A stretch of 64,000 bases of DNA from an uncultured Rhodobacterales bacterium (GCA_964352845.1 CAYGUB010000001.1:3662-67661), one strand, 5' to 3'; numbered from the stretch's first letter, positions 41,443 to 50,871 are shown. The notes: generated from the letters alone by a model not told the origin. Numbers and translations are program-made.

Positions 41443-44190
41443 CTAAGGTGCGATGGTGTTTTGCACAACCATGGCGTCCGGTAATGGTCTGACAGCCGCA
41501 CCTTCCAGGTTTGCCCATTCAAGATCTACAATCGGAAGATCCTGCCACGTGTCGGCAGTGTAATCCTCTGGATATTTCAACTGTCCCGTACCGCGCCCGG
41601 TGCCGAAATTGATCGTGTCACTACTCACAAATTGCCCCGACTCCGGAAGGATACGCACGCGGCCATTCGCAATTTCTGTCTTGGTTGCAGGCGCGCCATT
41701 GATCTCAAACCCGAAAACTTCTGTCCAATGTGAATAGGAAGCCGGAAGCGTCGGCTTTTGTCGGGCGCGGCGCGTGGTTGTCACTGGTCCTCCGCTCCAC
41801 CAAAGCTCGACATAGGCGCCCGTGGGCTCCCAATATGCACGGTCAAACTCGGGCAGGCCATAGGCCCGATAAGACAATCCGCGCCCAATGTTAAAGGCGC
41901 TGAGCCGTGCGCTGCGCGTAGCGCCGTCAGGACCCGGTTTGGGAATGGCCGATTGTTGCTCGGCTGCATAGGTCATAATCTCGGCCGTCTCGTCAATCAC
42001 GATTGGGGCAAGTCGCGGATCCTGAAAGAGAGTCCGCGCCCCGAGACGTGCGCCTTCAACAGAGATGGCCACGGGATCAAGCTCACCCGCGAAGGTCTCC
42101 CGACCGTTCTTCATATCCTGGGAAATACCCCAGACCTCGGAGTTAAACAGCAACCAACGCGTCTCATCGGTCGCATATAGTTCCCGAGCAAGATGATGCA
42201 GCACCTTGCTATCCCCGGTCCCGGAATCCATGACGACGCTCGGTGTGATCAGATCACTGCCATCCCTTCCCTTGCCACTCAGGAAGGCCGCGATCAGCTC
42301 ACCATCGCCCGAGGCTGCGGTGGAGCTCTGATAGGGCCAGTCCGTGCAAGCCAAGCCAACCGATTGGCCATCACTTGTCGCAGCCGAATGAAGCGCGAAT
42401 TCGTCATACCACCCGCGCCCGGCGGTCGCGCTATCCGTCAATAGATCTGATAGAGAGCTGTCGGCCATCGTGTGCTGAATAATGCAAATCCGGTCACCCG
42501 GATATTTATGCATCAAACCAGAGGCCAGTGCAGCGCAGCTTGGCGGCAGTGTGCTGTCCGCGCCGATAAATGCATGTTTCACACCAGCGGGGCCAGTACG
42601 CTCTCGATCATGCCACATCATCTGGACCGTATCTTCGGGATCGATCGCAACGCTTGATCCCGGAACAGAATTGGTCGGGATTTCAGGCTCAGACCCGTCC
42701 ACTGTCTTGTTATCCGTCCAGATCAGGGTCGCAAATCCGGTATCGGGATGAATCAGATCACCCGGGAGAGGCGGCATAATCAGGTTGTGACGGATCTCCG
42801 GGTCCGCAAAAGGCGCGGGATTGGTGCCGGTCTTCGCCTGAAGCGGGTAGGGATAGAAGCCCGGTTCGCCAGTAATATAGTTATACTCGACCGTGACCTT
42901 GTCATATTGCACCCCGGACCCCGTTGGTGTGTTGTTACGCACCAACCTGACTGCGTTGTTGATCCCCGTGACCCCTCGACCCGGGGCGGGATGTGCACGC
43001 GTTGCAGGGTCGCGATTGAAGTAATTGCCACGGATCACGCAACCGCCCAAACAGGTATCAACCGTCATCGAGTCAGCATGTGGGTCCAGGTTCTGCCATA
43101 CATCAGAGGGCCCCGTCTTGGAGGTCGGCGGAGCGATCCCGGTCACATCCTCAAGCGCTCGGAAAACATGCAGCCTGGAGGTGACAACCAGCGTGCCCGT
43201 CGGGAACGTATCCGTGTCATTATAGGGCAGCGGCTCCATGTTGAGATTGACCTGTGGATCGAAGTAGTTGAACGCAATCAGCCCCTTGTTTGGCTTGATG
43301 CCGTCGGACTGAAATCCCCAGAGCCGGTTGCGCTGAAACACCGGCCAGTCGACCATCGTATTTGCCGAACCGCGCATCTTGAGAAACAGGCCCTGACCAT
43401 CCTCATGCGATGGACCAATAAAGTCGCAATACTCGATAACCTCATATCCACCGGTATCGTAGAAATCGAGCGCGGTCAGTAGCCCCGTCGGCCCATCACG
43501 CTCGCCCAGGATGCAGTTGCGCAGCGAGATAACAGCCCGCACTTCCAGAATGTAACCGGTGAAATCCCATCCCTCAAACGCGCAATCCTCATTGATCCTC
43601 AGCTTTAGTCCATTCAGCGAACATCCCGCAGGAAGCGGATCAAGAACAGGTTTCTTGAACGGCTCCGTCCACTGGCACCCGTTTGAACGCCGGTTGTCCT
43701 TCAGTTTGATCACGTGGTCCATGATCTCAGGCAGCGGCTCGGACGCGGCAGTTGATGGTGTAGAGGACCAATATTGCGTGGCACCCGATCCACTCCACAA
43801 GGCCACGACATGGCCCACACCAAAACGGGTCTGTGTGGTAAGAACCTCCTCGGGCTGGTCTGCCAGCCGCGCCTCGATACGCATCCAGATCCAGTTCAGC
43901 GGACATCTCAAAACCCCTGCCCACCGACCATTGGTGACGGGCTCGGATATCTTCCAGTCCGAAAGAGCCGTTCCGCCTTCCTCGATCACCCGATATTCCA
44001 CCACAGAGCCATCAGCAGCCGTCCCGGAAATCGGAACGGAGGCATCCTGTTCTCCCCGCGCGGCGCCACTGTCAAAAACCGTTCTGTCCCGGGAAAACTC
44101 CGACAGGGAAAACGCGACAGGTTCAGGTGGCGTGCTCAACCCTGCCCGCTCAGTTTTCTGGATTAGATCAAGCCCAATTCCAAATATCAT
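41443..44190 (-). CDS. Large multidomain hypothetical protein; candidate GTA/phage head-fibre-like protein with inserted beta-helix
   Basis: 915-916-aa ORF, SD GAGGGG 6 nt before ATG 44190. N-terminus MIFGIGLDL, degenerate SGNH/SASA-like FGVGHVVALWSGS, internal beta-helix repeats. The CDS is well supported; the function is inference. Confidence 0.6.
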   Translation of the reverse strand: MIFGIGLDLIQKTERAGLSTPPEPVAFSLSEFSRDRTVFDSGAARGEQDASVPISGTAADGSVVEYRVIEEGGTALSDWKISEPVTNGRWAGVLRCPLNWIWMRIEARLADQPEEVLTTQTRFGVGHVVALWSGSGATQYWSSTPSTAASEPLPEIMDHVIKLKDNRRSNGCQWTEPFKKPVLDPLPAGCSLNGLKLRINEDCAFEGWDFTGYILEVRAVISLRNCILGERDGPTGLLTALDFYDTGGYEVIEYCDFIGPSHEDGQGLFLKMRGSANTMVDWPVFQRNRLWGFQSDGIKPNKGLIAFNYFDPQVNLNMEPLPYNDTDTFPTGTLVVTSRLHVFRALEDVTGIAPPTSKTGPSDVWQNLDPHADSMTVDTCLGGCVIRGNYFNRDPATRAHPAPGRGVTGINNAVRLVRNNTPTGSGVQYDKVTVEYNYITGEPGFYPYPLQAKTGTNPAPFADPEIRHNLIMPPLPGDLIHPDTGFATLIWTDNKTVDGSEPEIPTNSVPGSSVAIDPEDTVQMMWHDRERTGPAGVKHAFIGADSTLPPSCAALASGLMHKYPGDRICIIQHTMADSSLSDLLTDSATAGRGWYDEFALHSAATSDGQSVGLACTDWPYQSSTAASGDGELIAAFLSGKGRDGSDLITPSVVMDSGTGDSKVLHHLARELYATDETRWLLFNSEVWGISQDMKNGRETFAGELDPVAISVEGARLGARTLFQDPRLAPIVIDETAEIMTYAAEQQSAIPKPGPDGATRSARLSAFNIGRGLSYRAYGLPEFDRAYWEPTGAYVELWWSGGPVTTTRRARQKPTLPASYSHWTEVFGFEINGAPATKTEIANGRVRILPESGQFVSSDTINFGTGRGTGQLKYPEDYTADTWQDLPIVDLEWANLEGAAVRPLPDAMVVQNTIAP

Positions 44191-44193
44191 CAT

Positions 44194-44355
44194 AGTCCCC
44201 TCGACTAGGTCTTTGACAGCGAAGGGTGGCTATAGGCGCAACACGCGGCCTGTTGCGATATCAGGCCGTCTATCGCGCGCAACCAGGTGGAGCGATCCGC
44301 GCGATATGACGCGCGGCGGGGGCAGTCTGATATAAACCTCTGAAACAGGGTCATA
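44194..44355 (-). pseudogene. Possible decayed spike-base (Rcc01079/GhsA-like) gene remnant
   Basis: Fragments in different frames: DPVSEV, TAPAARHIARIAP (44326-44288), DIATGRVL followed by PI after a frame change. Resemblance is to my recollection of the family. Confidence 0.3.
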
Positions 44356-44667
44356 ATTTAAAGAGACAGGCGATGCAGAATCACCGGAATCGAGCAATTT
44401 TGTGAATACACCCTGACCTGGAAACAATGCCAAATTTTATTCAAATCTATCTTCGGTTTCATCTGAAAGGCCTTGGAAAAGCCATTTTTACCTAAGTCGC
44501 GTGCCTTCGAATCGTCCCTTTTGGGCACGATCACTACTCCATTGGGGGTGAGTTTTAGGGTGCGTGTTTTGTGGAATATCCGCCTTGATTTTTGTGGGAC
44601 GTATTTTCGACCTGCGAGATCCGACAACTCATCCAGCGCAAATTGACCCGGGCATGGCAAAAACCCC

Positions 44668-47454
44668 ATGTCCGACATAGCCGGAGAAGAATTGATGAGT
44701 ACGCCACTCTACACGCAGTATGCCGCTCACGCGAACACGACTTTTGTCGTCGATTCATCTGAGGCATTGAAAGCAGCGCTGCAGGGGCTTTCCGGCAGCG
44801 AAGGCGGTACAATTCTGGTTGACGCGGCAGGCGGTCCCTACAACCTGAGCGTGTCGAATTTTGGCAGTGCCGACGCTCCGATCCTCGTCACCAGTCTCGA
44901 CGCTGGCAATCCGGCAACCTTCGCTTCGGTTAACCTGTCAAACGCCTCTCATGTGATCTTCGACAATCTGGCTTTTGATCACTCCAGCATCGGGACGGAT
45001 TTCGGCCTGGCGGATTTCGATATTCGCGTTTCCAGCTCGGATCATATCGAATTCACCAATAACGTGATGACCGGTACAGCCAACGGCATGGCAACCTATG
45101 AAGAAAGCAGCAACAAAGGTGGCAACCTTGCTCTGGTCCAGGCCAGCAATAACGTCACCTTCGCAGGCAACGTCATTTCCGAATATTTCCACGGCGTCGC
45201 GGTCTTTGATAGCCAGGATGTGACATTTGTACAAAATGAGGTCACCGCCATGCAGGGCGACGGCTTCCGTGGCGGCGGCATAGAAGGCGGTGTTATTTCC
45301 GACAACCACTTCCATAACTTCTACGGCGCGATCCAGACCATCACACATAACGATATGATCCAGCTTTGGGGTACGAGCGTTCAGACAGAAAACAAGGACA
45401 TCCTGATTGACGGGAATATCCTGGATTCCGGCGCAGGCGCAGCAACGCAGGGCATCTTCATCCGCAATGAAACCTTCGGAGAAGGCGGCCCCGCCTCCGG
45501 CTATTTCGAGAATATCACGATCACAAACAATACGATCTACAACGGCATGCCGCATGGGATCAATCTCAGCGACACGATCGGCGGCGTCGTTGAAAACAAC
45601 ACTGTGCTATGGAACCAGGATTCGGGCTTTTACCGCGATGCCCAGACCGAGATGCGCAGCTATGGTCCATGGATCAATGGTAGCAACACAGTAAACACGC
45701 AGTTTATCGACAACGTGGCACGGCAGGTTAACCTTAACGGTGTTGAGCAGCACAATCTGAACCTCGCTCTCAACTATACGGACCCGACCTCGGCCAATTA
45801 CGTCGCGAACCACATCGTAAACCATGAAATGGGCAGTCAGGCCACCCTGACGGATATGCAAATTTCTTCCACCAGCCCGTACCATCAAATCTACGGTGCG
45901 CAGCTCAAACTGGAGGCGCCACAAGCATCTGAGGCAGATCCCGTACTCACTCCGGTCATCGTCTCACGGCTGATCGAAGGCGCGCGCGAGCTTTTGGAGC
46001 TCACCGCCGCCAATAGTATGCTGAACGGGGAACAGATTGCAGCAGATGAGGCAGAGTTCCTCTGGACCTTGAGCGATGGCACCCAGTTTTACGGACAAAC
46101 CGTTGTCGTCGACTTTGCGGGCGGCGGCTCCCATGACGTGACACTCGACATCACCAGCCCCGGCGGCCTCACGGCCTCGGTCCAACGTGTAGTCGAAACT
46201 CGCAGCGAAACTCTGATCGACCAGCAGTTCGGTGCGGAATATTCAATCCCCGAGCGTGCCGTGGGCTACATCGCGACAGGCGATGCCGGCTTCAGGCTTG
46301 ATGGCAACAGCAAGCATGTGTTCGAGCGTGCAGATCATGATATGTTCGGCCTCGACACGCTGGAGATGGCGCTGACCTTCAAGATGGATCAGGCCGATAC
46401 GGCCGGAGGTTCCGTTGTCCGCCTTGCCGGGTCCTTCAGCATGAACACTTACTATCATGGCGGGTTCAAGGTTCGGCTGGTGACCGAGGATGGCGCCTTT
46501 GAGATATTTGCGCCGGTTGGCACTCTGGCGGATGGAGAATTCCACGATATCAAGATGTCCTATGATGGTATTGTCGGGCGTATGGCCTTGTCAGTTGACG
46601 GCCAGATCATCGAAGAAATTCCGGCCAGTGGTCAAACAACCAATGGTGCCTATCACGACCTGATCCTTGGATCTTCCTTTGGATCAAGTGCAGAAGGCTA
46701 CATCCAGTCCTTTTCCCTCAGCTCACCCAAAACGGCAGCGGCACCCGATGTCACCGCCGCGCAGGAAAACATGGGGGACGCGGGATCCAAGCTCGCTTCT
46801 CCGGATGCAGATGCAGATCAGCCGATCATTTCGCCGGAACAAGAGCCAGCCACCGGCAAGACGCCCTCGCAAGAACCTGCAATTGAGGAGCAAGCCAATC
46901 CAGAACCGGGATCTGCGCCCTTCACCCCGCTGGGAGACATCATCGTTAAAGATATCTCGGTGTTTCGCCAGAATTCGTCCAGTAGCGAACATCGCCTTTC
47001 AAGTTCGCAAACAGATGCCGCCTGGAAAGTGAACGGCTTTCTCGGAAACAATTTCGATGCTGTGACGTCGAAAAACGCCACTTTCTTGTCAAACACGGTC
47101 TTCTCCGAGGCGCCAACTGTGAAAGTCTCGCCCTTCGCGACCTTTGGGGAAGATACGCCCTGGGCCCTCAAAAAACTGTTGGTCGAACTGAAACAGCTCC
47201 AACAATCCAGGGAGGATGCAGAAAATGACGAAAACGATGCATCCGAACTCACTGATCTCAGCGGCCCCAAGATTGTCCTTGGCGAGCTTGACGAGCTGGC
47301 GCCGACCAAACAGACGGTCAAGATCTGGGGTCCTGTTTCAGACAGTGCCAACGAGGGAGATGCCATCTGGGGTTTGACGTCCGCGATGAACGACAGTTTT
47401 GCATTCGGGCAACCCCTCAACATACCCGATGAGCATGACAGCTTCTTGATGTAG
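44668..47454 (+). CDS. Right-handed parallel beta-helix protein with PKD-like and LamG/concanavalin-like domains
   Basis: Repeating N/D-x-T-I/F-xx-N coils, QGDGF, HNDMIQLW; PKD-like FLWTLSDG...HDVTLDIT; LamG-like FHDIKMSYDG..MALSVDG; acidic low-complexity tail; no Sec signal seen. Confidence 0.8.
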   Translation: MSDIAGEELMSTPLYTQYAAHANTTFVVDSSEALKAALQGLSGSEGGTILVDAAGGPYNLSVSNFGSADAPILVTSLDAGNPATFASVNLSNASHVIFDNLAFDHSSIGTDFGLADFDIRVSSSDHIEFTNNVMTGTANGMATYEESSNKGGNLALVQASNNVTFAGNVISEYFHGVAVFDSQDVTFVQNEVTAMQGDGFRGGGIEGGVISDNHFHNFYGAIQTITHNDMIQLWGTSVQTENKDILIDGNILDSGAGAATQGIFIRNETFGEGGPASGYFENITITNNTIYNGMPHGINLSDTIGGVVENNTVLWNQDSGFYRDAQTEMRSYGPWINGSNTVNTQFIDNVARQVNLNGVEQHNLNLALNYTDPTSANYVANHIVNHEMGSQATLTDMQISSTSPYHQIYGAQLKLEAPQASEADPVLTPVIVSRLIEGARELLELTAANSMLNGEQIAADEAEFLWTLSDGTQFYGQTVVVDFAGGGSHDVTLDITSPGGLTASVQRVVETRSETLIDQQFGAEYSIPERAVGYIATGDAGFRLDGNSKHVFERADHDMFGLDTLEMALTFKMDQADTAGGSVVRLAGSFSMNTYYHGGFKVRLVTEDGAFEIFAPVGTLADGEFHDIKMSYDGIVGRMALSVDGQIIEEIPASGQTTNGAYHDLILGSSFGSSAEGYIQSFSLSSPKTAAAPDVTAAQENMGDAGSKLASPDADADQPIISPEQEPATGKTPSQEPAIEEQANPEPGSAPFTPLGDIIVKDISVFRQNSSSSEHRLSSSQTDAAWKVNGFLGNNFDAVTSKNATFLSNTVFSEAPTVKVSPFATFGEDTPWALKKLLVELKQLQQSREDAENDENDASELTDLSGPKIVLGELDELAPTKQTVKIWGPVSDSANEGDAIWGLTSAMNDSFAFGQPLNIPDEHDSFLM

Positions 47455-47491
47455 CGGAAACTGTCGGCTCTTGAGTTGGGACCGTACCAAC

Positions 47492-47657
47492 AGCGCCTGA
47501 CGAAATCCCTTCAACATGATGCACCGCATCACGCGTTAAGGCCTGTCATTCAAGACTGCGCGATGCGATTTATAGCGTCTGACGAAATACCTGAAACATC
47601 ACGCATCACATAACGCGTTGAAATCTCTGATTTCAGGCGGCGTTATGTGATTCAGGT
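47492..47657. repeat. Imperfect 46-bp direct repeat pair plus overlapping inverted repeat
   Basis: 47492-47537 vs 47574-47619 align ungapped at 37/46 identity; 47605-47616 pairs with 47640-47651, and 47619-47625 pairs with 47629-47635. Confidence 0.75.
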
Positions 47658-47708
47658 TTTTCGCACGGTGCTTATTTCTCCGGCGGTGCAAAATATCACT
47701 TACGCATC

Positions 47709-47744
47709 AAAAAAGGGCCGCCCTGAGGGGCGACCCTTTCTTTT
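47709..47744. terminator. Bidirectional intrinsic terminator
   Basis: AAAAAAGGGCCGCCC-TGAG-GGGCGACCCTTTCTTTT between convergent genes. Confidence 0.8.
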
Positions 47745-47766
47745 GTTCTAGCTAGACTTAGCTTGG

Positions 47767-48408
47767 TCAGGACTTCTTGCGACGACGTGCAATCCCAAGG
47801 CCACCAAGGGCGCCCAAGAGAAGCAAACCACCCGCAGGAAGCGGTACCGGTGCCAGATAAACCGCAGCCAGAGACCCGTCCGCAACGCCAATACCATCAT
47901 TCGATGTGTCGACGGAGAAGACCAGTTGATCTGTAACGAACGTCGCAAAGAGCTCCGCAAAGCCGCCGTTGACACCAACAGCACTTTGGGCAGCAATACT
48001 TTGTGTCGATCCGTTTGCAGTTACCATGCCAGACTCGCCAGCGGGGCGAGAACTGTCGATGAACAGATCAAGGAAGGCAATGCCGGTAACTTCGACAGGT
48101 GCTGAAAAGGACAGCACCAGTTCTTGCATTCCCGAAGCCGAATTGGAGAGTTCGTCGTCACCGACGCCCACACCATCAAGCTCAAACGCCAGTTCTTCAG
48201 AAGCGGATGAAGTGGTCATCGCTCCATCAAATGCCTGGCTACTGTTCAGGGCGCCACCGTTAGCGGTCAGCGACCAAGTCACGCCACGCCCCAGATCACC
48301 GGACGTACCGGTAGCACTCGACGTAAAATCGAGAACCAATGCCGAGGCGGCGCCAGTTGTCATGGCAACCGCCACAGCAATACTGGTCAAGGTTTTCTTC
48401 AAGTTCAT
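47767..48408 (-). CDS. VPLPA-CTERM (PEP-CTERM family) sorting-domain surface protein
   Basis: Signal peptide MNLKK...AASA; C-terminus APVPLPAGGLLLLGALGGLGIARRRKKS; start ATG 48408. Confidence 0.92.
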   Translation of the reverse strand: MNLKKTLTSIAVAVAMTTGAASALVLDFTSSATGTSGDLGRGVTWSLTANGGALNSSQAFDGAMTTSSASEELAFELDGVGVGDDELSNSASGMQELVLSFSAPVEVTGIAFLDLFIDSSRPAGESGMVTANGSTQSIAAQSAVGVNGGFAELFATFVTDQLVFSVDTSNDGIGVADGSLAAVYLAPVPLPAGGLLLLGALGGLGIARRRKKS

Positions 48409-48742
48409 ATTGCATACCTCATGACTTACGTGGACCTGCATATAGGGTTGTATATTTGCCGTGAAGGTTTTTCTCCTTCGCAACCGCAGAAAAACCACGA
48501 CTCTGTCACATTATTGCACAATTTCTGGGCCCCGACCGGCGAATTCTGGGGTGCAGTAGGCAAATTATTTCTACGCATGAAAGAATTAAGGCGAATAGCC
48601 GCCTATTCTCCACCATCAACCAAGAATCGAAATGCGGACGTTTCGGGGTTAATTCCCCCTTTTTTTGCGACCCCGGCGGCTCTATACGGACCCCTCAAAC
48701 CCGTGGATCCGCCATGGTACAAATCTATGGAACCGCAAACGA

Positions 48743-49606
48743 ATGCTCCAGGCGTCGATCATTATTCCGCATTACAACGACACCGAGCGGCTGAGCCGCT
48801 GTCTCGCAGCGCTGAACCCGCAACTTGGGGAACAGACGGAAGCTATCGTCGTTGACAATGGTTCGACCGAAGACGTTCAGGCGGTCCTGTCCGACTACCC
48901 GGCCGTCAAGCTGGTCGTCGAAAGCGAGAAAGGCGCAGCCGCCGCACGCAATCGCGGCGTATCGGAGACTTCTGCGCCCTACATATTTTTTCTCGATGCC
49001 GACTGTGTGCCTTCTCAAAACTGGGTGGCGACCGCGCTTGCGCTTTCGGGCAGCGATGATCTGATCGGTGGACCCGTCGATGTGTTTCACGAAGGCCAAC
49101 CGCCGCTGACAGGTGCTCAGGCGTTTGAGGTCGTCTTTGCGTTCAAAATTCGCAAATACATTGAAGACGACCAGTTTACGGTAACAGCGAACCTCATTAC
49201 GTCGCGCGAAATTTTCCAGAAGGTCGGTCCGTTTCGCCCCGGTGTTTCGGAGGATTTGGACTGGTGTCATCGCGCGCGCGATGCAGGCTACAAGCTGGTA
49301 TACAATGACAGCCTTGTCGTGAGCCATCCGTCGCGCAACGATTGGCCGGCGCTTCGCAAGAAGTGGATCAGGATGACCAAGGAAGGGTTTGGGCTTACCC
49401 GGAACTCGCCCGTTGGAAGACTGAAATGGGGTCTTCGCGGGGCTGCCATGATCATGAGCATATTTGTACACCTTCCCAACATCGTGACATGCAAAAAGCT
49501 GGAAACAAGCAAAGACAAGCTGAGGGCTGCGGGCACATTGGTCCAGCTGCGACTAACCCGGTCATTTTGGATGATCCGTCAGGCGATCGGCCAAGATATC
49601 ACCTGA
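48743..49606 (+). CDS. Glycosyltransferase family 2
   Basis: SIIIPHYN, VVDNGSTE, AARNRG, FLDADC, SEDLDWC motifs. Confidence 0.92.
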   Translation: MLQASIIIPHYNDTERLSRCLAALNPQLGEQTEAIVVDNGSTEDVQAVLSDYPAVKLVVESEKGAAAARNRGVSETSAPYIFFLDADCVPSQNWVATALALSGSDDLIGGPVDVFHEGQPPLTGAQAFEVVFAFKIRKYIEDDQFTVTANLITSREIFQKVGPFRPGVSEDLDWCHRARDAGYKLVYNDSLVVSHPSRNDWPALRKKWIRMTKEGFGLTRNSPVGRLKWGLRGAAMIMSIFVHLPNIVTCKKLETSKDKLRAAGTLVQLRLTRSFWMIRQAIGQDIT

Positions 49607-49608
49607 AA

Positions 49609-50871
49609 TCAATGCCTTAATCTTGGCGCGCCGATGGCCTGTCCGGCGAGGGGTCCATTTGCCTTCAGCTTGAAATCACTGACCTGCGCGATATTCGAGC
49701 CCGGAGGGCTCGCAAACACCATGTTGTAGTGGTTCGGCTGGAATGGCTTGTCATCCTGCACGAGCTGATTGCGCGAGACCTGCCAATCGGCCTGACGCCG
49801 AAAGCCTTCGATTTCGCTGACGATATTTCCAAAGATCGCCACATTGCGGCTTTCGGGTCGAACGGTCATTGCGGGGATGTAGATCTTCTTTTCAGTTTTC
49901 GAGCCTGCACCGCGGCGGGTGCGCACGACCGTGTTATTCTCGATTACCAGCCCGTCTGTCTGGCCCACAAAAATCCCATGCCTGTGCGCGTTGATGACCA
50001 CGTTATTGCGTATGGTGACGTTGCGGTAATAGAAGTTCCGGCCTTGCAGTCCTTTGTCAACAAGCTCATTTCTCAGGAAGATCGACTGTGTGTAGGCGCC
50101 TGAGCCGGAATTCAGCACATTGCCCTCGATCGTCAGCCCGTCCATGTGGCGCGTCGTGTTGGTCGACCAGCACTGGATCATGTCACGGTGATCTTTGGAC
50201 CGGGTCGACGGGCGAAAATCGTGAATGTAGTTATTCGCGATCAGGGCCGAGCGCATTTCCGAGCAGTTCACCCCGTCGGAGCGGATGGAATGGATCTCGT
50301 TGCCCCGAAACACCATCCGGTCGATATGGTGCAGTGCCGCGGCGGCGAACCAGTTATAGAACTCATTGCCCTCGATAAGGATATTGCTGCCACCACGCAC
50401 GACCAGCCCTTTGCCGACTGCAAAGCCCTTTACCGTGGCATCCCCGCTTTTTGCGATATCGCCTTCAAACACAGAGCCGGAGATCGTGAGTCGGTCTACG
50501 TTCTGAAAATAAAAAGGCCGTGGTTCGCGAACGCCGCGCCCGGGCTCGAAGTCATATTTGAAATGGATGTTCTCGAACTGCACGTTGGCGACATTGACCA
50601 AGTTCACGTTCCGCAGGGTCGAAGGCGCGTCAGGGTTGCCCGATTTGACCACAACAGGCTGCCGAAACTGACCTGAGGCGTTGGTGGCACGCAGCGCAAG
50701 CGCCTGATGGACGCCCGGTTCCAGCAAAACCGTCTCGCCGCCTTTGAGCTGTGCGAAGATCCCCGACAGGTTGTCATCTGGCGACACGCGGATGGTTTGC
50801 GCCCATGCGCCTGCTGACAGCAGAAGGCTCAGAAGTATCGCGCCGTAGATACTGGTAACAAGAGAGGCCAT
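49609..50871 (-). CDS. Secreted right-handed parallel beta-helix protein
   Basis: Sec signal ending AWA; NILIEGN, RSDGV, HRDMIQCW, NVTIRNN coils. Confidence 0.82.
   Translation of the reverse strand: MASLVTSIYGAILLSLLLSAGAWAQTIRVSPDDNLSGIFAQLKGGETVLLEPGVHQALALRATNASGQFRQPVVVKSGNPDAPSTLRNVNLVNVANVQFENIHFKYDFEPGRGVREPRPFYFQNVDRLTISGSVFEGDIAKSGDATVKGFAVGKGLVVRGGSNILIEGNEFYNWFAAAALHHIDRMVFRGNEIHSIRSDGVNCSEMRSALIANNYIHDFRPSTRSKDHRDMIQCWSTNTTRHMDGLTIEGNVLNSGSGAYTQSIFLRNELVDKGLQGRNFYYRNVTIRNNVVINAHRHGIFVGQTDGLVIENNTVVRTRRGAGSKTEKKIYIPAMTVRPESRNVAIFGNIVSEIEGFRRQADWQVSRNQLVQDDKPFQPNHYNMVFASPPGSNIAQVSDFKLKANGPLAGQAIGAPRLRH

Noticed and set aside
44358-44678. 106-aa minus-strand ORF and the 67-aa ORF at 44230-44433 as intact genes
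   Set aside because: No clear SD or family motifs in a single frame; the region looks like promoter DNA plus a possible pseudogene remnant
47492-47619. Repeat-spacer-repeat with a 36-bp spacer read as a mini-CRISPR
   Set aside because: Only two copies at 80% identity, no third direct copy at the expected period, and no cas genes; kept as an unexplained repeat
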